The notes under the pieces are model-generated. The model saw only the letters and a list, made by a program, of their open reading frames with translations. It had not been told where the DNA came from and did no database searches. The translations under genes and the position numbers were made by a program. A stretch of 64,000 nucleotides of DNA from Anthoceros angustus (lineage: Eukaryota > Plantae > Anthocerotophyta): NCBI GenBank assembly GCA_010909165.1, contig VJWM01000196.1:186001-250000 (forward strand). Direction: 5' to 3'. Position 1 is the first letter of the stretch. Every line of letters starts with the position of its first letter. Shown in pieces: positions 11,781-23,915 of the stretch.

Positions 11781-14700
11781 GAATGTGGAGACTTAATAAA
11801 AGGAACCATATGGGAAATCCCATCTACTTGAGGCGAAAGGGACAACATACGACGGGGCACCAGGCCAAGGGAAGGAGGAAGGAGGGGCGTGTCCCCGCAC
11901 GTTTGAGATAGGGAAGGGCCTACTTATCGTTGGTGCCACCAAAGCAGCATCTCCAGCATTCCTGATCGTCCTAAAGATGGTGCTGACCAACGCCCTTTGC
12001 AGGGCGATGGAAATCCGTTGCCTAAAATATGCCACGACACTGGAAAGGGGGAGGTTAGCCCCGCCCCTGTCGTTGTGATAGGCCCTTGCGCATTCCTTGA
12101 TAAAATGAGATAAAACCTTACCCCAGGCCCCATGGGTTTCAATGGCAAGGGGATGAAAATGTGACCTTGCTGCATGGGCCTGAACTTATAAATTTTCTTA
12201 GTTGCACTCCCTTCCGCCACCCAACCTTGAGGGTTGATGATGACATGGTCGCTAACAGAATCTCTCCACATCCGCAATCAAGACCTCTTCCCCCCACGTC
12301 AAGAAAAGGTTAGCTTTGATAGAGACGCCATTGAACATAGTATACTGCTGCTCCTTGAAAGGAAGAAACCGCTCTCCTTACCCTTTGAGAACATGACGTC
12401 TCGGACGGTATCGTGTGTAGCAATACGTTGTCCACCCATTGGACAAGGCACTAAGTGGGCCCCAGGGTCGTCGATGGAGGCCCCACGGCAGCAGGCCGGA
12501 AGAGAACATGCTAGTGGTTGGACCAGATCCAGGCAAAACCTCATCGCAATAAGAAAAGAAGGTGATGTGATTCACCCTTCCCTGAGCAATAGCAAATGCG
12601 AGCTCTAGCGGGACGAGGAAGAGATGAATCCAGAAGACAACCCTGCAGCACCTACCCATAATGCTTCTCCTGGAAAGAAGCTTGCAACCCCCGAAGCCCG
12701 TTTGCGAGAAACGAAGAAAAAGAAGGCATGGCCTCCCTGGCTAGAGGGGGTAAGAGGTCCCTGGCTGATCTTAGACACACTTGAAGGGGGAAGAACCCCT
12801 CCTCAACTCCTGCCATGAAATTTTCCAAAATGCTGTTATCTTGGATAAGGAAGTGAGAGGCCAAAATTGGGGCCGAGAGGGCGCAACTTCCTAAAAATGC
12901 TGTTGGCGCCGAGGCCTCCATGGCCAAAAGACTTGCGCCCCCAAAAGCGACAGGGAGGGATGCCTGTCACCGCACCAGGTCCCCGGCCGCACATTCGAAG
13001 GACCCTAGGCTGATAATGTCTCCCAGAGACTGCATGATCTGCTTGTCGCAATCTCCAAGTTGAGAAAGAAAAACTGGAGAGGGAGGGATAGTGCAAATGA
13101 GGTACCCAGGGCGGCACGCGAAGCAGGAAGAGAGGATGCCGAAGGCCACCTACGGGTTGCTCAACCTAGAGAGGTCGTCAATATGCGCAAGATCCTCTTT
13201 CAAAGCGGCATCCATAAATTCCCGTATAAAGCCCGGGGGCCCGACCGGGACTCCAAGGACTCGCAGCCCTTGTGGAGAATCAATATCCCCCCTCCCCCCG
13301 GGATAATGAAGAGGGGGTGTAATACCGGACGGGGATCAAACTTTGCACTTCAAGATCTTAACCTTCTGGCCAAGGCGGAAGAGCTCCAAGGAAAAGAGGT
13401 CGAAAGCATTTTTGACTTTGTCCACCGGCCTAAGGATGTGGGTGTCGACTACAAGCGGAAGAGGCACTCCACACCAAGAAGGCAATTATTGAGGGCCCTA
13501 AATAGCAAATGCGAGCTCTAGCGGGACGAGGAAGAGATGAATCCAAGACAACCTGCAGACTACCCATAATGCTTCTCCTGGAAAGAAGCTTGCAACTCAA
13601 GCCCGGTGAAATCAAGAAAAGAAGGCATGGCCTCCACAGAGGGGGTAAGAGGTCCTGGCGATCTTAGACACACTTGAAGGGGAAGAACCCTCCTCAACTC
13701 TGCCATGAAATTTTCCAAAATCATTATCTTGGATAAGAAGTGAGAGGCCAAAATTGGGGCCGAGAGGGCGCAACTTCCTAAAAATGCTGTTGGCGCCGAG
13801 GCCTCCATGGCCAAAAGACTTGCGCCCCAAAAGCGGGGAGGATGCTCATCACCGCACAGTCCCCGCCGCACATTCAAGGACCCTAGGCGATAATGTCTTA
13901 GATCGCATGATTCGCTTGTCGCAATCTCCAAGTTGAGAAAGAAAAACTGGAGAGGGAGGGATAGTGCAAATGAGGTACCAGGCGGCACGCGTGAAGAGAG
14001 AGGATGGCCACCTACGGGTTGCTCAACCTAGAGAGGTCAACATGCGCAAGATCCTCTTCAAAGCGGCATCCATAAATGATAAAGCCGGGGCCCGACGACT
14101 CAAGGACTCGCAGCCCTTGTGGAGAATCAATATCCCCGGATAATGAAGAGGTGTACTGGACGGGGATCAAACTTTGCACTTCAAGATCTTAACCTTCTGG
14201 CCAAGGCGGAAGAGCTCCAAGGAAAAGAGGTCGAAAGCATTTTTGACTTTGTCCACCGGCCTAAGGATGTGGGTGTCGTCGGCTACCGACGGGAAGAGGC
14301 ACTCCCACACCAAGAAGGCAATTATTGACAGGGCCCTAAAATGTGCTATAGCAAAGAGATCTCCCCCAAGGGATCCCCCTGCCTGGTTCCCGCTGCGGAG
14401 TCAAGCATAGAGACCCCTTCCACCGAGAAGCCGTGTTGATCATATAGGTTAGACGAGGAACCATAGAAAGAGCGAACAAAAGGGATAAGACTTGCCAATG
14501 GCCTGCCTGCATCTTTAAGCTATTGGAAGATATATGGACGCCCTGGATACATTGTTGAAAGCGTTCTCGATCGACCAAGAGCAACCTAACTGGATGTAGG
14601 CGGAGAAGAGCCTCGACTCAAAACTCACCGTCTACCCTCTAGGATGGCGATGCCAAATTGATGGGGGCTAAGATGAGCCCAGAATTGCTCCCTGAGCTGG

Positions 14701-15700
14701 AGGGCAATGCTGCGGCTAATAAGACGTAGGAACGCCTCTCCCACGGCGATAGGGCTCACCCTCGGAGTGGGCTTCTTCGTAGCCCAAAGCCTGCTGACCC
14801 CCAACACCCATGAAATCCGATGGGGGGTCTCTCCCTGCGCCACAACCGCCGCCAGGATAAAGAGCTTCGAAACACCACTAGAGGGATCCTCAGAAGAGAA
14901 GTCCCCCAGCCCTTCAGCGCCGGAAAGAAAAAGGAACAAAGTCCACGCTTCATCTTCGGAGTTCTGCGGGAGGTGCTCCAAGGGAAGCTGCAAGAGCCCA
15001 AAGATGATCGGACTCCGCCCACAACCATTGCCAAGACTCTTGCGGAGGCTCCGGGGAAAGCCGGACGAGAGGAGAAAGAGCGAACAAAAGGGATAAGACT
15101 TGCCAATGGCCTGCCTGCATCTTTAAGCTATTGGAAGATATATGGACGCCCTGGATACATTGTTGAAAGCGTTCTCAGCATCGACCTGAAGAGCAACCCA
15201 ATCTGGATGTAGCTGGAGAACCGCCTCGACTCCAAAACTCACCGTCTCGCAGCCCTCTAGGATGGCGATGCCAAATTGATGGGGGCTAAGATGAGCCAAT
15301 TGCTCCTCGAGGAGGCAAGCGCGGCTAATAAGGCGTAGAACGCCTCTCCACGGCGATAGGGGCTCACGGAGTGAGGCTTCTTCGTAGCCCAAAGCCTGCT
15401 GACCCCCAACACCCATGAAATCCGATGGGGGTCTCCTCCACAACCGCCGCCAGGATAAAGAGCTTCGAAACACCACTAGAGGGATCCTCAGAAGAGAAGT
15501 CCCCCAGCCCTTCAGCGCCGGAAAGAAAAAGGAACAAAGTCCACGCTGCTTCATCTTCGGAGTTCTGCGGGAGGTGCTCCAAGGGAAGCCTGCAAAGAGC
15601 CCAAAGATGATCGGACTCCGCCCACAACCATTGCCAAGACTCTTGCGGAGGCTCCAGGGGAGAAACCGGACGAGAGGAGAAAGGGGCAGCAATGCCAGAA
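11781..15700 (-). mobile_element. 5'-truncated CRE-like (RLE-type) non-LTR retrotransposon, degenerate, with internal tandem duplications
   Basis: Minus-strand RT motifs in order: SRLWATKKP..SPIAVGEAFLRL (~14750), LSPHQFG, LQVDAENAFNNVSR (~15170), SAAGTRQGDPLG (~14380), FPSVADDTHI (~14280). These are followed by a Zn-knuckle-like CCRGASIDDPGAHLVPCPMGGQRIATHDTVRD (~12420-12500) and an RLE-like KKIYK..FIPLPL..QRISIALQRA (~12000-12200). Confidence 0.8.
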
Positions 15701-15707
15701 GATGTAG

Positions 15708-15864
15708 CCCTCACTTGAGCCTCCTATGCATTTCAATCAAAGTCCTTGTGCATCATGCTCATGTGCCTCTTTGCACCAATAATACCCTCACTTGAGCCTC
15801 CTATGCATTTCAATCAAAGTCCTTGTGCATCATGCTCATGTGCCTCTTTGCACCAATAATACCC
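15708..15864. repeat. Perfect 77-bp tandem duplication at the 5' edge of the CRE-like element
   Basis: ccctcacttgagcctcctatgcatttc...caccaataata starts at 15708 and again at 15785. Confidence 0.9.
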
Positions 15865-15934
15865 TTATATAAAATTCCGAAAAGGGGGCAAGGAGTCTCC
15901 TTCCTAGAAAGAGAAGAAGGAGGTCCATGGAAAA

Positions 15935-16120
15935 ATTCTTCACGATTCGGTCATGCAGGCTCCTTATTCTTCACAATTCGGTCAAGCAGGCTCCTTAGTT
16001 TTTTGAGAGTCCGGTCCCTCATTCTTTAGGTCTTTGCATTTCGGTTCAACAGGCTCTTTAGTTCTTCAGAGTTGGATATGACAGGTTGTTAAATTCTTCA
16101 GAGTTGGGTCCAACAGGACT
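15935..16120. repeat. Degenerate ~31-bp tandem repeat upstream of peroxidase copy B
   Basis: ttcttcacgattcggtcatgcaggctcctta and ttcttcacaattcggtcaagcaggctcctta, then more diverged units (ttcttcagagttgg..acagg). Confidence 0.65.
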
Positions 16121-16491
16121 GCTGAAGGTCGCGAAATTCCACGAGGTAGTGTCACCGTCATACTGCCATCCGCGGCAAACGACTTGACAAAGGCGGGACC
16201 TTTCTCTCGTGCTTCACGCGATGCCAACTTGCCAAGCAAGTTCCGTCTTGGACGAATAGTTCATGCCAGGCTTCTTAAGCCGGCGCATGCGCAGTTTGCG
16301 GCAACATCCAGTGGAGTCGATTACAGAGCGGCCTGCTGTGTGCCTTGGCGGACATCCTTCCAATCTGCAAAGCTGCTTTGCTCTCGAACGGTCGTGAAGA
16401 CCTTTCCTGACAAGTCTCTACTCATTCCAACGCCACCTTGCCTATAGCTGCTGCAGTGCTTCAAATCTTCGTCCGGACAGGATCCTCCATC

Positions 16492-17713
16492 ATGGCCCGA
16501 CCACGTCAGATAATGGTTCTTGCGTTGGCAACCTATGCAATCTGTCTCAACGTGACGATTGCAACAGCACACGATAGTTCGAATTCGGGTTTGCGGGAAA
16601 CGTTCTACAAGCACAGTTGCCCACAGGCAGAATCCATAGTGTACGATGCTGTGAAAAGCGCTCTCAACGAGAACCCAGGATTGGCGGGCGCCTTTTTACG
16701 GATGATGTTCCACGATTGCTTTATCCGGGTACTGCCACATGCAGATTATTCAAGGGCCAATCGAACACTTCAGTGTAGATAGTCTCTTCAATTCTGATGC
16801 ATTTGGATTCAACGTGGTGCTGCAGGGATGTGATGCCTCTGTACTGATCGATTCCACAGACAACAACCAGGCGGAGAAAGACGGACGGCCGAACCACGGC
16901 AGCCTCCGAGGGTTCGAAGTCCTGGACGAGGCCAAGTCCAAGATCGAAGCCCAGTGCCCGCACACCGTCTCCTGCGCGGACATTGTTGTCTTCGCAGCAC
17001 GGGACAGCGTCGCTCTCGTAAGCCTGAACAACCCATCTCACGCTTAAAAGTGACTGCTGTCGTGACGAGAAGTTGAAATGTTCACGTCTTCAAGACGTTT
17101 GTTGTGCTCTATCTCGAGACTGAATGACCGTGCATGTATTGCCGCCAATGGCTGCAGAATGGGGGCCCCTGGTACAGTGTTGCGGCTGGGAGAAGAGACG
17201 GTACAGTCTCCTTGGCGTCGGAAACCTCTTCTCTGCCCGGGCCAAGCCTGAACGCGCAGCAGCTCACTGAAAACTTCACCAACAAGGGGCTGAGCCAAGA
17301 CGAAATGGTCACGCTCTCCGGAGCCCACAATCAGGCAGGCACGCTGCAGCGTGGTCCGGAGCTTCAGACTTTCACCGCTGGACGCGACCCTGGACCCGGG
17401 CTTCGCCGAGGATCTGCAGGCTCAATGTCCTGCATCCAGCACGAATGGCAACTCTCGCATCTTCATGGACTCGGAATCGCCCAAGACTTTCGACAACGGC
17501 TACTACAAGGGCCTGGTAGCTGACAAGGGGCTCTTCCGTTCCGACCAAACGCTCTACGATGATTCCGCCACCCGCCATACCGTGGTGACCTACAGCCGCA
17601 ATCCGCACTTGTTTGCATCCAAATTTGTGCAAGCCATTGGCAAGTTGGGAGCGATCGACGTCAAGACTGGCCATGCAGGAGAAATCCGCCGGAATTGTCA
17701 TCGCATCAACTAG
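16492..17713 (+). pseudogene. Class III peroxidase copy B, near-identical to copy A, with a frameshift in the proximal-His motif (possibly an assembly error)
   Basis: Exons 16492-16728, 16826-17017 and 17158-17713. It reads gcccacaatcagg where copy A has gcccacacaatcggg (net 2-nt loss near 17326), which breaks GAHTIG. Confidence 0.75.
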
Positions 17714-20700
17714 ACAACACACATGTTGCTGGGGGCCGGCAATCGGGCAGGTGGGAGATCCGCGTCGACTGCAGCTGTGGCCTTGAAGTGCGCCGGCGGT
17801 GCCGTTATTGCCCTGGTAGCACCGTCGACAGGTTTGGTTCCTCACTGTCGACCAGTGAAGAACCAAGAACAAGTTCATCCATTAAATAATAAAACTGATC
17901 AAGATGATCTGTTAAAAGGTAATTTCTGTAAGGTGACAAACATTAGCTGAAACAGATGAGTCTCATGCTTCCTTGTACAGACTCTTGCAATAGGCAATTG
18001 AATCTGCACTAGGCAATTGAATCTGCACTAGGCTCTTGCACCTCGAAATGGTGGGAGGCCTATGCTGTTCTTCAGATGATGACCTACATATCATGGTGTT
18101 TCTTGAGCTTATTGAAATATTGATTGAGGAGGTGTCTAGGAGGCGCCACAACTCCAGATCCCATAGGCAGCAAGTGATCTATGCAGGAAGAGGAAAAGGA
18201 CGAGGTAAAGGTCGTGCTTCCAATCGACCTTCATATCATATACAAAACACACAACTTGGATAGCCATCATTTTCATCATCAACTGCAAGAGATAATAAGA
18301 AGGGTGGAACTATTTGTAATTGGTGTAGATTACCCAATCATATACAAAAGGATTATAGAAAAAATAAGAATGAAAAATAAGAATAAGAATGAGAATCTGT
18401 CAAGAAAAAATCTCTACAAGGGGTAAAAGGAGATATGTCACAAAGGGTAAAGTTATCTCTTCTTTCATTCCTCAACATCCTTCTTTAGTGGAAGATATTC
18501 CTTGACTAACTCCCAATGTATCCTTTCATATATTGTGAAACACAAGAGTGATGCTTATCAAAGAATCACATAGCTTACATAAAACAACAACAAAAGAAAT
18601 CAAGACCTTACGTTTCAAAAATGGTGGAGAATTCAAATCTAATCAATTTCCTAATTTTTTGCCCAAAAGATATGAAAGGAAAGGATTAAAGAACATAGCC
18701 CAATATTAAAGAACATAGCCCAATATCCGAGAATCGATAAAAATTTGCAAAGTCAATTGATGGTGCTGGCCTTGTCTCATATCGGTCCACAGCCCCTCAA
18801 GCCCGTTCATTGGCTACTCATTAAGTATGAAATGTGCATATATATGCACGCAGTGATTCAACTTGTCACCAACTCAACGCTTCCGGAGCAAGAGCACATA
18901 ACATAAAAGAGATGAAGCTCACGACTTACCTTTAAAATTCCAAGTGTGTTTGAAGCCACTGAGTGCTAAAGCAGTGCTCTAATGGCATGTATTGCCGCCA
19001 ATGGCTGCAGAATGGGGGCCCCTGGTACAGTGTTGCGGCTGGGAGAAGAGACGGTACAGTCTCCTTGGCGTCGGAAACCTCTTCTCTGCCCGGGCCAAGC
19101 CTGAACGCGCAGCAGCTCACTGAAAACTTCACCAACAAGGGGCTGAGCCAAGACGAAATGGTCACGCTCTCCGGAGCCCACACAATCGGGCAGGCACGCT
19201 GCAGCGTGGTCCGGAGCTTCAGACTTTCACCGCTGGACGCGACCCTGGACCCGGGCTTCGCCGAGGATCTGCAGGCTCAATGTCCTGCATCCAGCACGAA
19301 TGGCAACTCTCGCATCTTCATGGACTCGGAATCGCCCAAGACTTTCGACAACGGCTACTACAAGGGCCTGGTAGCTGACAAGGGGCTCTTCCGTTCCGAC
19401 CAAACGCTCTACGATGATTCCGCCACCCGCCATACCGTGGTGACCTACAGCCGCAATCCGCACTTGTTTGCATCCAAATTTGTGCAAGCCATTGGCAAGT
19501 TGGGAGCGATCGACGTCAAGACTGGCCATGCAGGAGAAATCCGCCGGAATTGTCATCGCATCAACTAGACAACACACATGTTGCTGGGGCCGGCAATCGG
19601 GCAGGTGGGAGATCCGCGTCGACTGCAGCTGTGGCCTTGAAGTGCGGCGGTGCCGTTATTGCCCTGGTAGCACTGTCGACAGGTTTGGTTCCTCACTGTC
19701 GACCAGTGAAGAACCAAGAACAAGTTCATCCATTAAATAATAAAACTGATCAAGATGATCTGTTAAAGGTAATTTCTGTAAGGTGACAAACATTAGCTGA
19801 AACAGATGAGTCTCATGCTTCCTTGTACTCTTGCAATAGGCAATTGAATCTGCACTAGGCAATTGAATCTGCACTAGGCTCTTGCACTCGAAATGGTGGG
19901 AGGCCTATCTTTCTTCGATGATGACCTACATATCATGGTGTTTCTTGAGCTTATTGAAATATTGATTGAGGAGGTGTCTAGGAGGCGCCACAACTCCAGA
20001 TCCCATAGGCAGCAAGTGATCTATGCGGGAAGAGGAAAGGACGAGGTAAAAGGCTTCCAATCGACCTTCATATCATATACAAAACACACAACTTGGATAG
20101 CCATCATTTTCATCATCAACTGCAAGAGATAATAAGAAGGGTGGAACTATTTGTAATTGGTGTAGATTACCCAATCATATACAAAAGGATTATAGAAAAA
20201 ATAAGAATGAAAAATAAGAATAAGAATGAGAATCTGTCAAGAAAAAATCTCTACAAGGGGTAAAAGGAGATATGTCACAAAGGGTAAAGTTATCTCTTCT
20301 TTACAGTCCTCAACATCCTTCTTTAGTGGAAGATATTCCTTGACTAACTCCCAATGTATCCTTTCATATATTGTGAAACACAAGAGTGATGCTTATCAAA
20401 GAATCACATAGCTTACATAAAACAACAACAAAAGAAATCAAGACCTTACGTTTCAAAAATGGTGGAGAATTCAAATCTAATCAATTTCCTAATTTTTTGC
20501 CCAAAAGATATGAAAGGAAAGGATTAAAGAACATAGCCCAATATTAAAGAACATAGCCCAATATCTGAGAATCGATAAAAATTTGCAAAAGTCAATTGAT
20601 GGTGCTGGCCTTGTCTCATATCAGTCCTACAGGCCCCTCAAGCCCGTTCATTGGCTATCAGCCCAAGTATGAAATGTGCATATATATGCACAGGCGGTTC

Positions 20701-20839
20701 AGCTTGTCACCAACTCAACGCTTCCCCGGAGCAAGAGCCTGTAATAACATAAAAGAGATGAAGCTCACGACTTACCTTTAAAATTCCAAGTGTGTTTGAA
20801 GCCACTGTGAGTGCTAAAGCCAGTGCTCTAATGGCATGT
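17132..20839. repeat. ~1.85-kb tandem duplication bounded by GCATGT microhomology
   Basis: Units start at 17132 and 18985, and GCATGT occurs at 17132, 18985 and 20834. The units differ only by scattered small indels and substitutions. Confidence 0.9.
19011..19568 (+). pseudogene. Orphan last exon of class III peroxidase (copy C) created by the 1.85-kb duplication
   Basis: Intact [29 protein letters not shown] frame with its acceptor, but no upstream exons in this unit. Confidence 0.85.
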
Positions 20840-21200
20840 GCTGTTTCGGCTCCCATGGCCTAGCCCTCGGTGCAGGCCTCCTGTTTGCGTCTTCCTTCTT
20901 CTTTCGTTCCTTGTTTCATGACCATGTTGTAAATTGTCATTTATTTAATCTTGTATTTGCACCTGCAAATAAAGTCTTGTATTTGCACCTACAAGCTGTT
21001 CAACAATTCATTTGTCCAAAATGATAACACTATTGCAACAGTCCAGATTTTATTTGCACATCCTTTCAGTGAACATCCACGTGTGAGACAATTTTGTCAG
21101 CCCACACAAAAAAACAAAAGCTAGGCCTGCGACAAACAAGTTTGGGATACTTCACATGTGACAGAGCAGAAGGAAACATGACCAATCCATGCTGGAACCC
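20670..21200 (-). pseudogene. Third, fragmentary BASS4 remnant (its left part is also duplicated at ~18830-18985)
   Basis: ALALALTVASNTLGILK|gtaag exon remnant (~20775-20830), its 5' end cttgtaggtgcaaa ~150 bp away, and intron similarity to 4950-5110 and 10330-10530. Confidence 0.65.
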
Positions 21201-22019
21201 AGCGTCCACCCAACACTAGTGAAGTTGTCTCGTATGGATGCTTTGCGAATTGACTCTAGGAACGTGGTCGAAGTACTCTTCTTTTTGCAGGAACAAAGAG
21301 TGGTGTGCAAGTTATACTTCCTCTAAATCAGCGAGGAGACTCTTATCCTTGCCAGTCTCATGAATGTGGCTGTGTTGAGTGCATCGTGTGTGCATCGGCC
21401 TTGTCTTGTGTGGCCCTGTAAGTCAAATGCTGTGGGTCATTGCCAGGAAGTAGCATCAATAGTGACACTGCATGATTCAAACGTGTGTTAAGAATCATTT
21501 GTAACCAAGGTGAGAGGTATTCTAACCAATGTGTGGCCGTTGTAAGAGTAAAAGACTGGCATGCTTTATGCTACAGGCTGTAGGAGAACTTTATCTCAAA
21601 GAGATTTCACAGTTCATCACTTCTGAAGAGTTCGGTCCAACAGGGACGCTGGAGGTCGCGAATTCCACTCGTTTCCCGGTCACTCTGTTTCGGGTTGGGT
21701 CCCACAGGAACGATGAAGATTTGCGAAATTTCAGTAGTTTCCCGGTCATTCTGCCATCCGCCGCAAACGACTTGACTCGTCTTTGGCTCGCGGTTCACTC
21801 GGTGCCAGTCATTTCAGTGTTTCAGACTCACAGTTCATGCCAGGCTCCTTAATGAGGGCACAGGGTTGGGGGCAACATCCAGTAGACTTGAGTGCAGAGC
21901 GGTCTGCTGTGTGCCTTGGCAAATCTCTCTCCCATCTGCAAATCGGCTTTGCTCTGGAACGGTCGTGAACCCCTTTTCTGACAAGGCTCTTCTCGTTTTT
22001 GAAGAATTTCGGGCCAGGC

Positions 22020-22830
22020 TCACAACAGACACGAACCAGGCGGTGAAAGACGGGGTGGCAAACAAAGGCAGCCTCCGAGGGTTCGAAATCCTGGACGCGG
22101 CCAAGTCCAAGATCGAAGCCCAGTGCCCGCACACCGTCTCTTGCGCGGACATTCTTGTCTTCGCAGCACGGGACAGCGTCGTTCTTGTAAGCCTGAACAA
22201 CCCATCTCAGCCTGTCGGCAAGAGAAGTTGGAACGCGTCTTCAAGGCGTTTGTTGCGCTCTCGAGACTGAATTGCTCCAAACTGGCTGCAGAATGGGGGA
22301 CCCTGTTACAGTGTTGCGGCTGGCAGAAGAGACCGTAGAGTTTCTCTGGCGTCGGAAACTGCTTCTCTGCCCGGGCCAAGCCTTAACGCGCAGCAGCTGA
22401 CTCAAAACTTCACCAACAAGGGGCTGAGCCAAGACGACATGGTCACGCTGTCCGGAACCCACACAATCGGGCAGGCACGCTGCAGCGTGGTCCGGAGCTT
22501 CAGACTTTCACCGCTGGACGCGACCCTGGATCCGGGCTTCGCCAAGGATCTCCACGCTGAATGTCCTGCATCCAGCGCCAACGGTGACTCTCGCATCTTC
22601 ATGGACTCGGATTCGCCTAAGACTTTTGACAATGGCTACCACAAGAACCTGGTAGCCAACAAGGTGCTGTTTTCCGTTCCTACCAACGCTCTACGATGAT
22701 TCCGTCACCCGCAATTCGCACTTGTTTGCTTCCAAAGTTTGTGGAAGCCAAGGGGTAAGTTGGGAGCCATCGAGGACCAGACTGGCAAGGCAGGAGAAAT
22801 CCGCCTGAATTGTCATCGCATCAACTGGAC
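22020..22830 (+). pseudogene. Class III peroxidase copy D, decayed, lacking exon 1
   Basis: [51 protein letters not shown] and PKTFDNGYH, with frameshifts and deletions toward the 3' end. Confidence 0.85.
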
Positions 22831-22854
22831 GACAAACATCTTGTGCTCACATAA

Positions 22855-23850
22855 ATATGGGCTATTCTAAAATCCATCCCTTAGGCATATGGTACAGTTT
22901 CTCATAACGTCATAGGGTATGCTGCAGCTGCACACAGTAAGCGACCAAGACAAACATCAGCTGGCCCTGCACACACAACCAAGAGCTGTTGTACGATCGC
23001 TGAGGGAGTACGTCGGTACCAATCACCGGAGGGGTGGCCAGAAGGCCGAGACAGTGGGCTGAAGGAACAAGCGCTTGCAATTTGCTTGCGGGCTGAGGGA
23101 ACAAGCGCTTGGCTTGCTCCTGTATGGATTGCCCAGGACAAAGCTTGAATAAGGTGAGATGCATGGGCAAGCCCAAAAGGCATAAGAGGGGTTGGCGTGA
23201 TTTTAGGGGTTCCACTGGCAAGCAACAAGAACAGCAGAGGAAAGACAAGGGTTGGGAGAAAACTGCCGTTTTCTTCTACTAGGGAGCTGGAGGTACGTGG
23301 ACCTCATCACAATGGACAGAGAGGCAGGCAGTTTAAAATCTTTAGCAAAAGTACTGAAGTCGTTGGAATGCCAGGTCCTCTGTATGCGAACAGGTCCAGC
23401 TAGGGGTGCCTCTGTTAAAGCTGCTCACACTTAACGAGTTGTCACTCAGTTACATATTCATGTACACACGCGGTTAGTGTCTACCTTGATACCGACATAT
23501 TTGACACATATGCTCTTGCTCATTATTGGTAACCGGTCCGTTACATATGCATCTCAAATATGCAGACTTGATGAATGTGTTGTCCGTATATGGTAACTCA
23601 ATACAAAAGGAGACGTGCTCACATATATATGGGCTATTCCAGAAGCAATCCCTCATGCATATGGTACACTTTCTCACAATGTCATGGGCTATACTACAGC
23701 TGCACATAGTAAGAGACCAAGACTAACATCAGCGTTGGGCTCTTCACACACAACCAAGAGGTGTTGTAAGATTGCTAAGGGAGTACCAATCACCACCAGA
23801 GAGGTGGCTAGGAGGCCGAGACAGTGAGCTGAGAGAACAAGCGCTTGGCT
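22855..23850. repeat. Diverged ~250-bp direct repeat pair (~22855-23120 and ~23630-23850), unknown origin
   Basis: gggctatt..ccc..gcatatggtaca.tt.ctca.aa.gtcat.gg.tat.ct.cagctgcaca.agtaag.gaccaagac.aacatcagc is present twice. Confidence 0.65.
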
Positions 23851-23915
23851 TGCTCATATATAGATTGCCATTGCATATGCAATACAAAACTAAAACATAG
23901 GTTTTGTTAAAGAAT

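Noticed and set aside
17870-18800. Short ORFs and 19-bp/20-bp tandem doublets downstream of peroxidase B (repeated at ~19730-20620)
   Set aside because: No protein motif or element termini could be supported, so it is treated as intergenic or TE debris.
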